Assembly: GCA_964646795.1 (NCBI GenBank)
Contig: CAZYHL010000001.1
Coordinates: 1-47,552 of the forward strand
Direction of reading: 5' to 3'
Origin: an uncultured Syntrophomonadaceae bacterium
Lineage (GTDB): Bacteria; Bacillota; Dethiobacteria; PWVN01
Length of the DNA stretch: 47,552 nucleotides
Shown here: piece by piece, positions 14,016 through 22,912 of the stretch
How positions within the stretch are numbered: position 1 is the stretch's first letter
How the letters are laid out: every line of letters starts with the position of its first letter
Program-made: the position numbers and the translations under genes
Notes under the pieces: model-generated
Database searches by the model: none
Told to the model about the DNA's origin: nothing
Seen by the model: the letters and a program-made list of their open reading frames with translations, nothing else

Positions 14016-15996
14016 GGATGCGGCATCTCCGCCAGAGATAGCAGTTGGTGCGGTTGTGCAAATCAGTGATGGCGCAGTGCAAACTTCGGACACAACCACT
14101 AAGGTCAAGCCCAAAGGTGGAGCGTGGACAGCCGCAGGCGGAACCACGTCATTCGGTGACGGCGGCACCGCCACATACATTCCGATTCAGGCCGAGACTA
14201 ACTATGAGTCGTTCATGGTTGAAGTTTATAAGAGTGGGTGTATTCCAGCTTCTGCAACTGTTGTTACCTCCGCTTCTGCAACAGCAGGTCAGACTGTCGT
14301 GGCGACCAATAACGACAAGACCGGGTACGGCCTCGCTGACGACGCCATCACCAGCGCCAAGTTTGATGAGTCCACCGCGTTCCCTCTCAAGAGTGCAGAT
14401 ACTGGCGCTACCGCAGTCGCCCGTACTGGGTCCGGTAGTGACACGCTGGAGACATTGAGTGATCAGATGGATGCACTGCCAGCTGGAGTTCGAGACGTGA
14501 GCAACGCCGCTCCTGCCGCCGGGTCACTGGGAGAGAAGGTCAATAGTGCGGCGTCTGCTGGAGACCCGTTGGCGTCGAGCGTCCCCGGAGCATATGAAGC
14601 CGGAACCGCTGGATATATTCTCGGCACAAACCTTGATGCAAAGGTAAGTGAAGCTGGAGGCGGGGCAGCTCTGACAGTGGAGGAGATCCGCGCCGAAATC
14701 GATTCCAACTCAACGAGGCTTGCTTCTATTGATGGGAAGACAACGAATTTACCTTCCGATCCTGCCGACCAGTCGCTTGTTATCGCTGCTACCGATGCCA
14801 TCCTGACCAGGCTGGGCGCGCCAGCTGGAGCCTCTATGTCGGATGATATTGCGAATATAGTCGCAGACCTCGGGACTATCGTCCCGACGACAGATGCCCC
14901 TGATGCAGAGGTTGTCGCCAAGGGGACCGTCATTGCGGGCAGCTACGTAAACTGCCAGACAGACGACAATAATCAATACACAATTGCCCCAGTAAACCCA
15001 GGTGGAATTGACGTAGAACTCGACTTCACGATCGTGGGATCTAGAGCTCCTGTGAGTCTGAGTATCAACGGTTACTTTAAAGGTTCTGGCCGGGCGGTAG
15101 ATGTTTATGTTCTCGACTCGGAAATCGATTATTGGGACAAGCTCACCAACACTTCCACCCGGATGGCCAGTCGCAATTCCGAGACTAATTACAGTTTCCT
15201 TTTGAACCGAGAGCACATCAATCCATCGACAGGGGTAGTCAAGGTTCGATTTGTCTCAACCTCAACTACTACCTCCCATCGTCTTTACCTTGACCGTGTT
15301 CTTGTAGGCACTGTCGATATCAGTACGGGGCAAACCCCGGGTATCACTGCCCAAGATATCTGGACATATCCGGATCGCACCACGACCAACAGTGATACTG
15401 GCGATCCAGTTAACCCTCCGTCTGTTGACGAGATAGCTGCTGGCATTTTAGTTACCCCGGCACAGAAGGTTGTTACTGACGCGAGCGGATTTGTGACGGC
15501 AAATGTGAATGGCTCCATCAGTGTTTCCGGGGATGTCACCCTGGCTGCGAATCAGCCGAACTATGCTCCAGCTAAGGTGAGCGATATCCCAACGGCCGAT
15601 ATTGCGGAGATTAAGGCTAAGACTGATAATCTCCCAGTAGCTCCATCATCTCTTACAGCGCAGCAAGTATGGGAATATGCAACTCGTACTTTGAGTGCAT
15701 TTGGATTTAGTGTAACTGTAGGAACTAATAATGATAAAACTGGATATACTTTGACAGCAACGCCGCCAACATCAGAAGAAATAGCTGATAAGTTATTGGG
15801 TAGAAATCTTGCTGGCGGGTCTGATGGTGGGCGTACAGTACAAGATGCTTTAAGATTTAGTAGGAATAAGGTAGTAGTTAATCTAGTAGCAAAAACTATT
15901 ACTGTCTATGAAGAGGATGATACTACCATTGCTTGGGAAGGGGTACTTACAACTTCAGCAGCTGCTCAACATATAACAGGATTAGATCCATCATGA
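14005..15996 (+). CDS. tail fibre / host-recognition protein (663 aa), chimeric in composition
   Basis: GGAGGAGG RBS. Ala/Thr/Gly-rich fibre-like sequence with recurring NNDKTGY.L and KT.NLP motifs. The first ~1.6 kb is GC-rich and the last ~0.35 kb has genome-typical GC. Confidence 0.65.
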   Translation: MYPRDAASPPEIAVGAVVQISDGAVQTSDTTTKVKPKGGAWTAAGGTTSFGDGGTATYIPIQAETNYESFMVEVYKSGCIPASATVVTSASATAGQTVVATNNDKTGYGLADDAITSAKFDESTAFPLKSADTGATAVARTGSGSDTLETLSDQMDALPAGVRDVSNAAPAAGSLGEKVNSAASAGDPLASSVPGAYEAGTAGYILGTNLDAKVSEAGGGAALTVEEIRAEIDSNSTRLASIDGKTTNLPSDPADQSLVIAATDAILTRLGAPAGASMSDDIANIVADLGTIVPTTDAPDAEVVAKGTVIAGSYVNCQTDDNNQYTIAPVNPGGIDVELDFTIVGSRAPVSLSINGYFKGSGRAVDVYVLDSEIDYWDKLTNTSTRMASRNSETNYSFLLNREHINPSTGVVKVRFVSTSTTTSHRLYLDRVLVGTVDISTGQTPGITAQDIWTYPDRTTTNSDTGDPVNPPSVDEIAAGILVTPAQKVVTDASGFVTANVNGSISVSGDVTLAANQPNYAPAKVSDIPTADIAEIKAKTDNLPVAPSSLTAQQVWEYATRTLSAFGFSVTVGTNNDKTGYTLTATPPTSEEIADKLLGRNLAGGSDGGRTVQDALRFSRNKVVVNLVAKTITVYEEDDTTIAWEGVLTTSAAAQHITGLDPS

Positions 15997-16178
15997 TACA
16001 GTGGTTTTATTGGCTTTGGGGAGCAGTAGGTATTTACACTGGAGAAGTATGTGCAGTGCCTAAAATCTCTGCTATATCAACAATATTAGTTGGAGAATCT
16101 GAAATATCTACAGAAATTCCAATAGTATCTAAAATTACTTCTGAGGTACAATATAGTGAGAGAGACATTTGTAGGTAA
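15993..16178 (+). CDS. hypothetical small protein (61 aa)
   Basis: ATGA overlap with the fibre stop (MIQWFYWLWGAVGIY...). Confidence 0.45.
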   Translation: MIQWFYWLWGAVGIYTGEVCAVPKISAISTILVGESEISTEIPIVSKITSEVQYSERDICR

Positions 16179-16452
16179 TACTCCAAAACTTATACTAAAG
16201 ACATCTATAGATCTTAGCGACTTCGATGCTCTTTATATAAAGTATAAAACTCCTAGTGGACTAACTGGATATTTTGCCGCTAATAAGAGTAGTGATAATA
16301 ACCAGTGGATGGAAGCTCAACTTGGACCGACTGATTTACCTGAAGCAGGTGAATGGACTCTTCAAGCATTAGTTTCTGATATAGGAGGTGATCCTATATT
16401 TGATGGGGACTTCGTTAACTTGAAAGTGAAAACTCCTATAGCTTTACCATAG
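16156..16452 (+). CDS. hypothetical beta-sandwich-like structural protein (98 aa)
   Basis: ORF track, GTG start. Lies between the fibre and portal genes. Confidence 0.55.
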   Translation: MRETFVGNTPKLILKTSIDLSDFDALYIKYKTPSGLTGYFAANKSSDNNQWMEAQLGPTDLPEAGEWTLQALVSDIGGDPIFDGDFVNLKVKTPIALP

Positions 16453-16475
16453 TCTCTACATAAATTGTACGAACT
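16451..16475. repeat. PAL25 copy (intergenic, upstream of portal)
   Basis: agtctctacataaattgtacgaact. Embeds the AG of the TAG stop at 16450-16452. The portal ATG is 9 nt downstream. Confidence 0.9.
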
Positions 16476-16484
16476 GGAGATAAA

Positions 16485-18443
16485 ATGCCTTACATTGTAA
16501 CATCAGATCCTGCATCTTGGAAAGGGATGGATTATAGTAGGAAGAACTATGACTATAATTATCCAGAAGGACTTGATCTCAAACCAGGATCTAAGCTTCA
16601 TGACTCTATACGTGATAAAGTCTGGCAACGTGCCAGGGCATCACGTAATGAGATACAGAAGAGATTTAGTTCTTGGAAGGAAATAGATAGGACGTTGACA
16701 TCTTATATTCCACTTAAGGAAGTAGAGCAGATTTCTAAAGACGCTGATTCCACAAAGCCTGTTTCCATAGTATTTCCTTACTCGTATGCATCCCTTGAGG
16801 CAATGCTCACTTACTTAATGCAAGCTTTCATTCAAGACCCTATTTGGAAATACGAAGGTGTAGAGAGTGATGATACAGTAGGGGCTGCATTACTTGAATT
16901 GTTAATCAGGCTCCACTGCATCGAATCCAAAGTAGCACTCAACCTGCATACACTCTTCAGGGACGGTATGGCCTATGGCATTGGAGCTGCAATTCCAGAG
17001 TGGAATCGCAAGTTTGGGAAGAAAGCAGTACGTTCATCTGTAACTACTACTTCTCCAATAGGTACCATGTCTGACGAGTCCATACAATTTTTGGATGATC
17101 TATTATTTGAAGGGAATGCGCTAAGTAATATAGATCCCTACATGCTTCTCTTAGATCCTTCTGTTTCCAGTGTAGATATTCAAAAGGGAGAATACTTCGG
17201 CTGGGTTGAACGAGACAACTATATGAACTTGCTTTCCGAAGAAGGTCAGCAAGATTCAGGTATGTTCAATGTCAAGTATCTACGCGACAAGCAGAATAAA
17301 CGATCTGTGTTTGCATTAGATCAGAGTGATAGGGAGGTCAAGTTCGGCTCAGCTACTAACCTATATGGCATGGCTGATGTGACAAATCCAGTGGATCGTA
17401 TTAAGATGTACATCACCTTAATACCTTCCGAGTGGGATTTGTCTGACTCTGATTATCCTGAGAAGTGGTTATTCGAACTTGATTCTGACGACATAGTAAC
17501 GCGTTGTGAACCTGCCAATCACAATCACGGGATGTATCCTGCAGCTGTGATCTCACCAGAGTATGACGGCTACTCTATGACCCCCATAGGTAGATTGGAG
17601 ATAGCTTATGGATTACAGAACACACTGGACTTCCTCTTCAACTCCCATATCAGTAATGTACGTAAAGCCATCAACGACATGCTCGTTGTGGATCCCTACT
17701 TGGTCAACATCGAAGACCTCAAAGATCCTCAGCCTGGAAAGCTTATACGTTTGCGTAGGCCTGCCTGGGGACGTGGAGTAGATAAGGTAGTCCAGCAACT
17801 AGGAATTCAAGACATAACTCGCCTCAATGTCCAAGATGCAGGGATTGTTCAGAGCATGATGGATAGGATATTGGGCACTGATTCTTCATTGCAGGGTGTT
17901 CAACGCCAAGGTGGACCTGAGCGTCTTACACTCGGAGAGTTCCAAGGTACTCGTGCTTCATCTGTAAGCCGATTGCAGAGAGTAGCCCAAATAATCAGCC
18001 TCCAAGGCATGTCTGACATTGGTAAGATGTTTGCAGTTCACACTCAACAATATACCACTAAGGATACCTATGTTAAAGCAACTGGCAGGTATGCTGAGAA
18101 ACTTATCAAAACTTTTGGCAACGATAGGATCAAAGTATCTCCTAGGGATTTAGCTATTAGTTATGATGTCATACCTCATGATGGTTCAGTTCCAGGTGCA
18201 GGTTTCTCACCTGCCTGGTTGGAGATGTTTAAGACTATTGGGACGTCAGAGTTGTTGGCACCTCAGTTTGATGTGGTTAGACTATTCGAATATATAGCTT
18301 ATCAACTAGGCGCTAAGAACATAGATGATTTCAAAGCTAAATCAAATCAAATCAATCCAACTATGATGCCTGACCAACAGGTAATGTCTGAGGTACAAAA
18401 AGGTAACATGATACCTACTTCACAAATGGAGTCTGCTGCATGA
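16485..18443 (+). CDS. portal protein
   Basis: 652 aa, positioned after terL and before the scaffold/capsid genes. GGAG RBS. Confidence 0.75.
   Translation: MPYIVTSDPASWKGMDYSRKNYDYNYPEGLDLKPGSKLHDSIRDKVWQRARASRNEIQKRFSSWKEIDRTLTSYIPLKEVEQISKDADSTKPVSIVFPYSYASLEAMLTYLMQAFIQDPIWKYEGVESDDTVGAALLELLIRLHCIESKVALNLHTLFRDGMAYGIGAAIPEWNRKFGKKAVRSSVTTTSPIGTMSDESIQFLDDLLFEGNALSNIDPYMLLLDPSVSSVDIQKGEYFGWVERDNYMNLLSEEGQQDSGMFNVKYLRDKQNKRSVFALDQSDREVKFGSATNLYGMADVTNPVDRIKMYITLIPSEWDLSDSDYPEKWLFELDSDDIVTRCEPANHNHGMYPAAVISPEYDGYSMTPIGRLEIAYGLQNTLDFLFNSHISNVRKAINDMLVVDPYLVNIEDLKDPQPGKLIRLRRPAWGRGVDKVVQQLGIQDITRLNVQDAGIVQSMMDRILGTDSSLQGVQRQGGPERLTLGEFQGTRASSVSRLQRVAQIISLQGMSDIGKMFAVHTQQYTTKDTYVKATGRYAEKLIKTFGNDRIKVSPRDLAISYDVIPHDGSVPGAGFSPAWLEMFKTIGTSELLAPQFDVVRLFEYIAYQLGAKNIDDFKAKSNQINPTMMPDQQVMSEVQKGNMIPTSQMESAA
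17077..17101. repeat. PAL25 copy inside the portal CDS
   Basis: agtccatacaatttttggatgatct, coding ESIQFLDDL. Confidence 0.8.
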
Positions 18444-18700
18444 TACGAGCTACTAAAGTACAAATAGAAGAATTCAAAGACTCTTTGCTTTGGCAAGATA
18501 TTCTTGAGGAAGTTGCCAAGTGGAAAGCTCAGGCAGCTGATGAGTATGATGCAATAGTTGCCGAAGCTGAACATACAAATCCTACCACCGCAAAGGTACT
18601 CCTTCACTTGGGTCACATAGCTGGGCGACGCTCAACTGTGGACTTCTTTGAAGGGATACTAGATATGTTACTTAGTTTCAAAGAAGCTGAACAAAAATAG
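18440..18700 (+). CDS. hypothetical head-assembly protein (86 aa)
   Basis: ATGA overlap with the portal stop. Confidence 0.65.
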   Translation: MIRATKVQIEEFKDSLLWQDILEEVAKWKAQAADEYDAIVAEAEHTNPTTAKVLLHLGHIAGRRSTVDFFEGILDMLLSFKEAEQK

Positions 18701-18723
18701 ATCATACAATTATTGTACGAACT
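18699..18723. repeat. PAL25 copy (intergenic, upstream of scaffold)
   Basis: agatcatacaattattgtacgaact. Embeds the AG of the TAG stop at 18698-18700. Confidence 0.9.
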
Positions 18724-18738
18724 TAGAAAGGACTAGAA

Positions 18739-19557
18739 ATGGAGCCGACTGGAGAAGAAATCAATCAACTATTAAATGCCCTTGAAGGCAGTGTTGAGGA
18801 GGTTAAGGAAGATGGCAAGGATGAAGTGCAAGAAGAAAAAGAAGTAGTTGAAGAATCTGATGACTCTAAGGAGGAGGAAACTTCAGAAGAGCAACCTGCT
18901 GAAGAAGAGGTTGAAGAGGCTGAAGAGCCGAAGGAAGATAATCCTCCTCCTGCAGACGACAAGGATGCTACGATAGCTACTCTTCGAGCACAGATTGAAG
19001 AACTATCTAAACCTAAACCTGAGGAGAAGAAAGAGGAGGTTACTGAACCTGAACCTGAAATCCAGGAACAGGACTTTGTATCTGACATAGATATTGATGA
19101 AGTATCTAGAGACCCAAAGTTATTCAACTCCTTACTCAACAAAGTATATGCTAAGGCAACTAAAGATGTAATGAAGGTAGTAGCTGAGGCTAATGCGAAA
19201 ACTGTACCAGATGCAGTAGTTAAACGGCTTGAAGAAATTAGCAAGCTCAAAGCTATGCATGACCAGTTCTACGCAGAAAATCCTCAACTCGCCAACTTCA
19301 AGAAAGTCGTGGCTGCGGTATTCAACGAGCTTCAGGCAGAAGGTAAAGGCAAGTCTTACGATGAGCTTCTAACCAAAACTGCTGAAGATACTTATAAACG
19401 TCTAGGTCTTAAGAAGGAACCTGTAAAAAAGGCTCCTTTGAAAGAAGTCCCTAAACTCCCTTCGAAATCAAAAGGGGGTGCTAGACCTGGCCCTGCTCAA
19501 GAGACGAAGGGATTACAATCTGAAATAGATGACTTACTAAAGTCAGAAGGAGCTTAA
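18739..19557 (+). CDS. scaffolding protein
   Basis: Highly acidic, Glu/Lys-rich, helical 272-aa protein between the portal and capsid genes. Confidence 0.6.
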   Translation: MEPTGEEINQLLNALEGSVEEVKEDGKDEVQEEKEVVEESDDSKEEETSEEQPAEEEVEEAEEPKEDNPPPADDKDATIATLRAQIEELSKPKPEEKKEEVTEPEPEIQEQDFVSDIDIDEVSRDPKLFNSLLNKVYAKATKDVMKVVAEANAKTVPDAVVKRLEEISKLKAMHDQFYAENPQLANFKKVVAAVFNELQAEGKGKSYDELLTKTAEDTYKRLGLKKEPVKKAPLKEVPKLPSKSKGGARPGPAQETKGLQSEIDDLLKSEGA

Positions 19558-19561
19558 ACTT

Positions 19562-19912
19562 ATGGGTCTTGAACAGAACAACGAACAGCAGTATAGGGAG
19601 GTAGTGGATAAGTTTATCACTCCTCTTGTTGACACTCAGATGACTACAAGGGATTATGTAGTTAGGCCTGATGCTACTGCTGGAGCAATCACTATCACCC
19701 TCCCTCCTGTTGCGGAAGCAAAAGGGAGGTTCTATTCCATAGTCTCGCGCTTTGCAAGTGCGCAGAACACTATCACCATTGCTGACAAGGATGATTCCGA
19801 GTGCTGGATTGGTGATATAGTCTTCAATGGCAAATGTGATCGAGTTGTACTCTATAGCGATGGCCTTTGCTGGATACCTGTATCTGTTATTGACGAGGCT
19901 GTTAGATACTAA
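19562..19912 (+). CDS. hypothetical head protein (116 aa)
   Basis: ORF track. Lies between the scaffold and capsid genes. Confidence 0.6.
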   Translation: MGLEQNNEQQYREVVDKFITPLVDTQMTTRDYVVRPDATAGAITITLPPVAEAKGRFYSIVSRFASAQNTITIADKDDSECWIGDIVFNGKCDRVVLYSDGLCWIPVSVIDEAVRY

Positions 19913-19931
19913 CTAAAGGAGAATACTTAAT

Positions 19932-21239
19932 ATGTTTCGAGGTATGCGTGGAACTGGCGATTGGGTAACAGATCAGAGGCCTAAGAGTTGGAGAGAGGCT
20001 ATTATGTACCTCTACCCCAACGGTATGGCTCCGTTGACTGCTATCCTTTCTATGATGAAGTCTTCCCGTGTAGATGATCCTGAATTCTACTGGTGGACGC
20101 AGACGCAAGGATCAGTGCAGGGTGCAGTGAGTGGTGTGTACACTTTGCCTGATTTGAGTGTGGCTTATGTAAAGGGTGGAGTTGCAGGTACGGTACTTTA
20201 TGTTGTTGTGTCTACAACTCTTGGAAAGAGCATTCGCGAAGGCCATCAGATCCTTCTGAGAGATGCTTCTGATTATTCCGTAGATGTCAATGGGAAGGTG
20301 ACCAATGTCACTATTGGTGGAGCTAACACAGTTCTAGCAGTTAAGCTGCTGGAAGGTGATGATAACTCCCTTACTCACGACCTTAGTGATTGTGATACCT
20401 TCAAAATCATCGGTAACATCAACCCTGAAGGTGGCGAGATGCCTGATGCTATTGCGCAGGACGTTACCAAAGTCTACAACAAAACCCAGATCTTCCGTAC
20501 TCCTTTGTCTCTCACTCGCACTGCGATGAAGACTAAGCTTCGCACTCCTGATGCGTATCAGAAGGCGAAGAAAGAAGCTCTGGAGATGCACTCTTTCGAA
20601 ATGGAACTTGCTTTCATCTTCGGAATTATGACTGAGAACACAGGTGATAATGGTAAGCCTGAGCGTACGACTCGGGGACTTATAGATTTCATTAAAACCT
20701 ATGCTTCGGCCAACTGTGATGATTTTCAAGCTAATGCCACTTACGCTGGTAAGGATTGGACTGACACCTTCAACGGTACTACTGCAGGCCAAGATTGGCT
20801 TGATACTTATTTCGAACAGATCTTCCGTTATGGGGCAGGTGAGAAACTAATGTTGTGTGGGTCTGGTGCGTTGTTAGGTATTCAACGCCTCGCTGCTGCT
20901 GGCGGTACTGTGCAGCTCCAGCCTGGTGCCAAAACCTACGGAATGCAGATCATGGAATGGCTGACGCCGTTTGGTAAGATCAACCTGAAGACTCATCCAC
21001 TCTTCAGCCATGATGCAACTACTCGCAACATGGGAATTATCATCGAGCCTTCGGAACTTGAGTACTGCTACATTGATGATACTCAGTTCTACGGTGAGAG
21101 TAATTCCAAGTCTCATGCTGAGGGCTATGGCAATCGACGCCTTGACGGTCTCAACGAGGAGTTCCTCACTGAATGTGGGCTTCGATTTGGTCTTGCTGAA
21201 AAGTGCGGAATTCTTAACGGAATTGGCCTGAACGCATAG
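19932..21239 (+). CDS. major capsid protein
   Basis: 435 aa. AAGGAG RBS. Follows the scaffold gene and is followed by GC-rich hairpins. Confidence 0.75.
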   Translation: MFRGMRGTGDWVTDQRPKSWREAIMYLYPNGMAPLTAILSMMKSSRVDDPEFYWWTQTQGSVQGAVSGVYTLPDLSVAYVKGGVAGTVLYVVVSTTLGKSIREGHQILLRDASDYSVDVNGKVTNVTIGGANTVLAVKLLEGDDNSLTHDLSDCDTFKIIGNINPEGGEMPDAIAQDVTKVYNKTQIFRTPLSLTRTAMKTKLRTPDAYQKAKKEALEMHSFEMELAFIFGIMTENTGDNGKPERTTRGLIDFIKTYASANCDDFQANATYAGKDWTDTFNGTTAGQDWLDTYFEQIFRYGAGEKLMLCGSGALLGIQRLAAAGGTVQLQPGAKTYGMQIMEWLTPFGKINLKTHPLFSHDATTRNMGIIIEPSELEYCYIDDTQFYGESNSKSHAEGYGNRRLDGLNEEFLTECGLRFGLAEKCGILNGIGLNA

Positions 21240-21291
21240 CCGTAGTTAATGGCCAATTGGCTACGGGTCAGTGTCGCGGACTGGCCCGTAG
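21240..21291 (+). promoter_or_regulatory. two mutually exclusive GC-rich hairpins downstream of the capsid gene
   Basis: ccgtag (21240-45) can pair with ctacgg (21261-66). Alternatively ctacgggtcagt (21261-72) pairs with actggcccgtag (21280-91), 11 of 12 bp. No T tract follows. The last 2 nt are the first 2 nt of PAL25 copy 21290-21314. Confidence 0.5.
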
Positions 21292-21314
21292 TTCATACAT
21301 TTTTTGGATGGACT
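21290..21314. repeat. PAL25 copy (intergenic)
   Basis: agttcatacattttttggatggact. The ATG at 21316 follows after 1 nt, with no separate SD. Confidence 0.9.
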
Positions 21315-21315
21315 T

Positions 21316-22056
21316 ATGAACTTGTTAGGGATTAGAAAACAGTTTCGAGACATCTCTGGAAGGTATGATCTAGTCAACGATGACTTCAGTGATAACGGCT
21401 GTGATGTGTATATTAATGAAGGTAGTAGATGGCTAGATCGGAATGTGAATGTAGGGAAACGTAAAGCTAGTCACATGACCTTAATGGCTGCAGGGGATTG
21501 GTATACTGAGATAAGCACAACGAGGTCAGTGAAGGAAGTCTGGTTGACTACCACGGAAGGTAAGTGGTTGCCTACTAAGATTCATTTGAAGGAATTGATC
21601 AATAGTTTCTTCACAGCTATACCAGCTAATTGGACTAATGGTACACCTATTGCGTATGCTTTGGGATTGTCGAGGTACCTGCCTGCAGACATAGATGCTG
21701 GAGACTTAGCCATCATGCAGGCTTTAACAGGTATGGTTAATAGCTCAGGTGATGACTATGACGCAATCATCTTCTCGTGTCCAGTAGATGTGCAAACTTT
21801 GGTGGAAGTTATAGGTGACTTCTACTCACCTTCACTTGTTGAGGATGATGATACTAACTTTTGGTCCTCAGTGCATCCGCTGTTACTTGTCAACGCTTCA
21901 ATTCGTCAGACGTTTGTAGCTAGTGGGAATACTCCAATGTTGAAAACCTTCAACGATGCCATAGCTCAGGATCTCAAAACTCTTGAAATGGACACAGTGG
22001 AAAGTGAAATAGCTGGAGTAAATCAGATGAACGACACAGATTATTTGGTGGACTAA
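21316..22056 (+). CDS. head-tail adaptor/connector candidate (246 aa)
   Basis: Start revised to the ATG at 21316 (the track start TTG at 21304 lies inside PAL25). Position is just after the capsid gene. Confidence 0.45.
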   Translation: MNLLGIRKQFRDISGRYDLVNDDFSDNGCDVYINEGSRWLDRNVNVGKRKASHMTLMAAGDWYTEISTTRSVKEVWLTTTEGKWLPTKIHLKELINSFFTAIPANWTNGTPIAYALGLSRYLPADIDAGDLAIMQALTGMVNSSGDDYDAIIFSCPVDVQTLVEVIGDFYSPSLVEDDDTNFWSSVHPLLLVNASIRQTFVASGNTPMLKTFNDAIAQDLKTLEMDTVESEIAGVNQMNDTDYLVD

Positions 22057-22401
22057 ATGATCACAGATGAAGAACGTGAGTCTATAATTAATGAAGCAGT
22101 TGAACGTACCTTGTTGGCTATCCCTGAAGTGATAGGGAACTTAATAACCAACAGGGCTACAATGATGAAGCTGCAACGTGAGTTGTTTGCAGCTAATCCT
22201 GAGTTTCAAGGTAATAGGGATGTAGTGTCTACAGTAATCCAGTCTATCGAATCAGGCAATCCTGGGATGAAGTATGAGGAAGTGATTAAGAAAGCTGTGC
22301 CTATTATCAAGGAGCATTTGAAAACAGCTAAAGATCTCAACACTTCAGAAGTCAAAAGGCCTTCACGTAATCTCGAGAATATTGACTTAGGAGAACTCTA
22401 A
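22057..22401 (+). CDS. hypothetical structural protein (114 aa)
   Basis: ORF track. Preceded by the PAL25 half-site ttggtggacta (22045-22055). Confidence 0.6.
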   Translation: MITDEERESIINEAVERTLLAIPEVIGNLITNRATMMKLQRELFAANPEFQGNRDVVSTVIQSIESGNPGMKYEEVIKKAVPIIKEHLKTAKDLNTSEVKRPSRNLENIDLGEL

Positions 22402-22402
22402 G

Positions 22403-22912
22403 ATGCCTTGGTCACCTAATGGAGAATTCACCTTTATAATTAAACCTGCTGAACTTGCCAAAGGTTTAAGATGGACTCGTAGGAATTCTCGTAATGAGAA
22501 GTTTTTGACAGAGTGTTATGGAGCAGTAGGCTATGACAATGTGCTACAGGCACTTGAAGATATAACAGGTGATTGGATAGATACTTCGGCATTGGTAGAA
22601 GCAGCATTTCCATTTCCTCAGTTGTTTGTGTTTACTAATTTGATTGTCCTAGCTACGCAGACTAAGATATATGAAGTAGATCCAGTTGCTAAGACTTTGA
22701 CTGAGAAACTCACTATAGCTGAAGGCGTGTTATGGTCAGCTGTGGATTTTGGCGAGTTTGTGTATATGAGTAACGGAGTAGTTGCTGTGACGAGAAGTGC
22801 CACTAGTATGGTGTGGGCAACTACTACTGACGTTCCCCTTTGTGGTGCGATGTGTAACTTTAATGGGCAAGTAATTATTGGCTCTGCTGATGTTGAACAG
22901 GTTCCTCTATGA
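22403..22912 (+). CDS. hypothetical tail protein (169 aa)
   Basis: ORF track. GGAG RBS. Confidence 0.6.
   Translation: MPWSPNGEFTFIIKPAELAKGLRWTRRNSRNEKFLTECYGAVGYDNVLQALEDITGDWIDTSALVEAAFPFPQLFVFTNLIVLATQTKIYEVDPVAKTLTEKLTIAEGVLWSAVDFGEFVYMSNGVVAVTRSATSMVWATTTDVPLCGAMCNFNGQVIIGSADVEQVPL

Noticed and set aside
14045-15539. Long ORFs overlapping the fibre gene (14045..14458 +, 14463..14933 -, 14749..15216 -, 15285..15539 -)
   Set aside because: They lie inside the GC-rich island, where stop codons are rare in all frames. They have low-complexity Ala/Ser/Arg-rich translations and no RBS, and they fully overlap a well-supported 663-aa gene.
18765-19250. 161-aa antisense ORF within the scaffold gene
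   Set aside because: It is Ser-rich low-complexity sequence mirroring the Glu-rich scaffold codons (GAA/GAG read antisense as TTC/CTC). It runs in the wrong direction for the operon.
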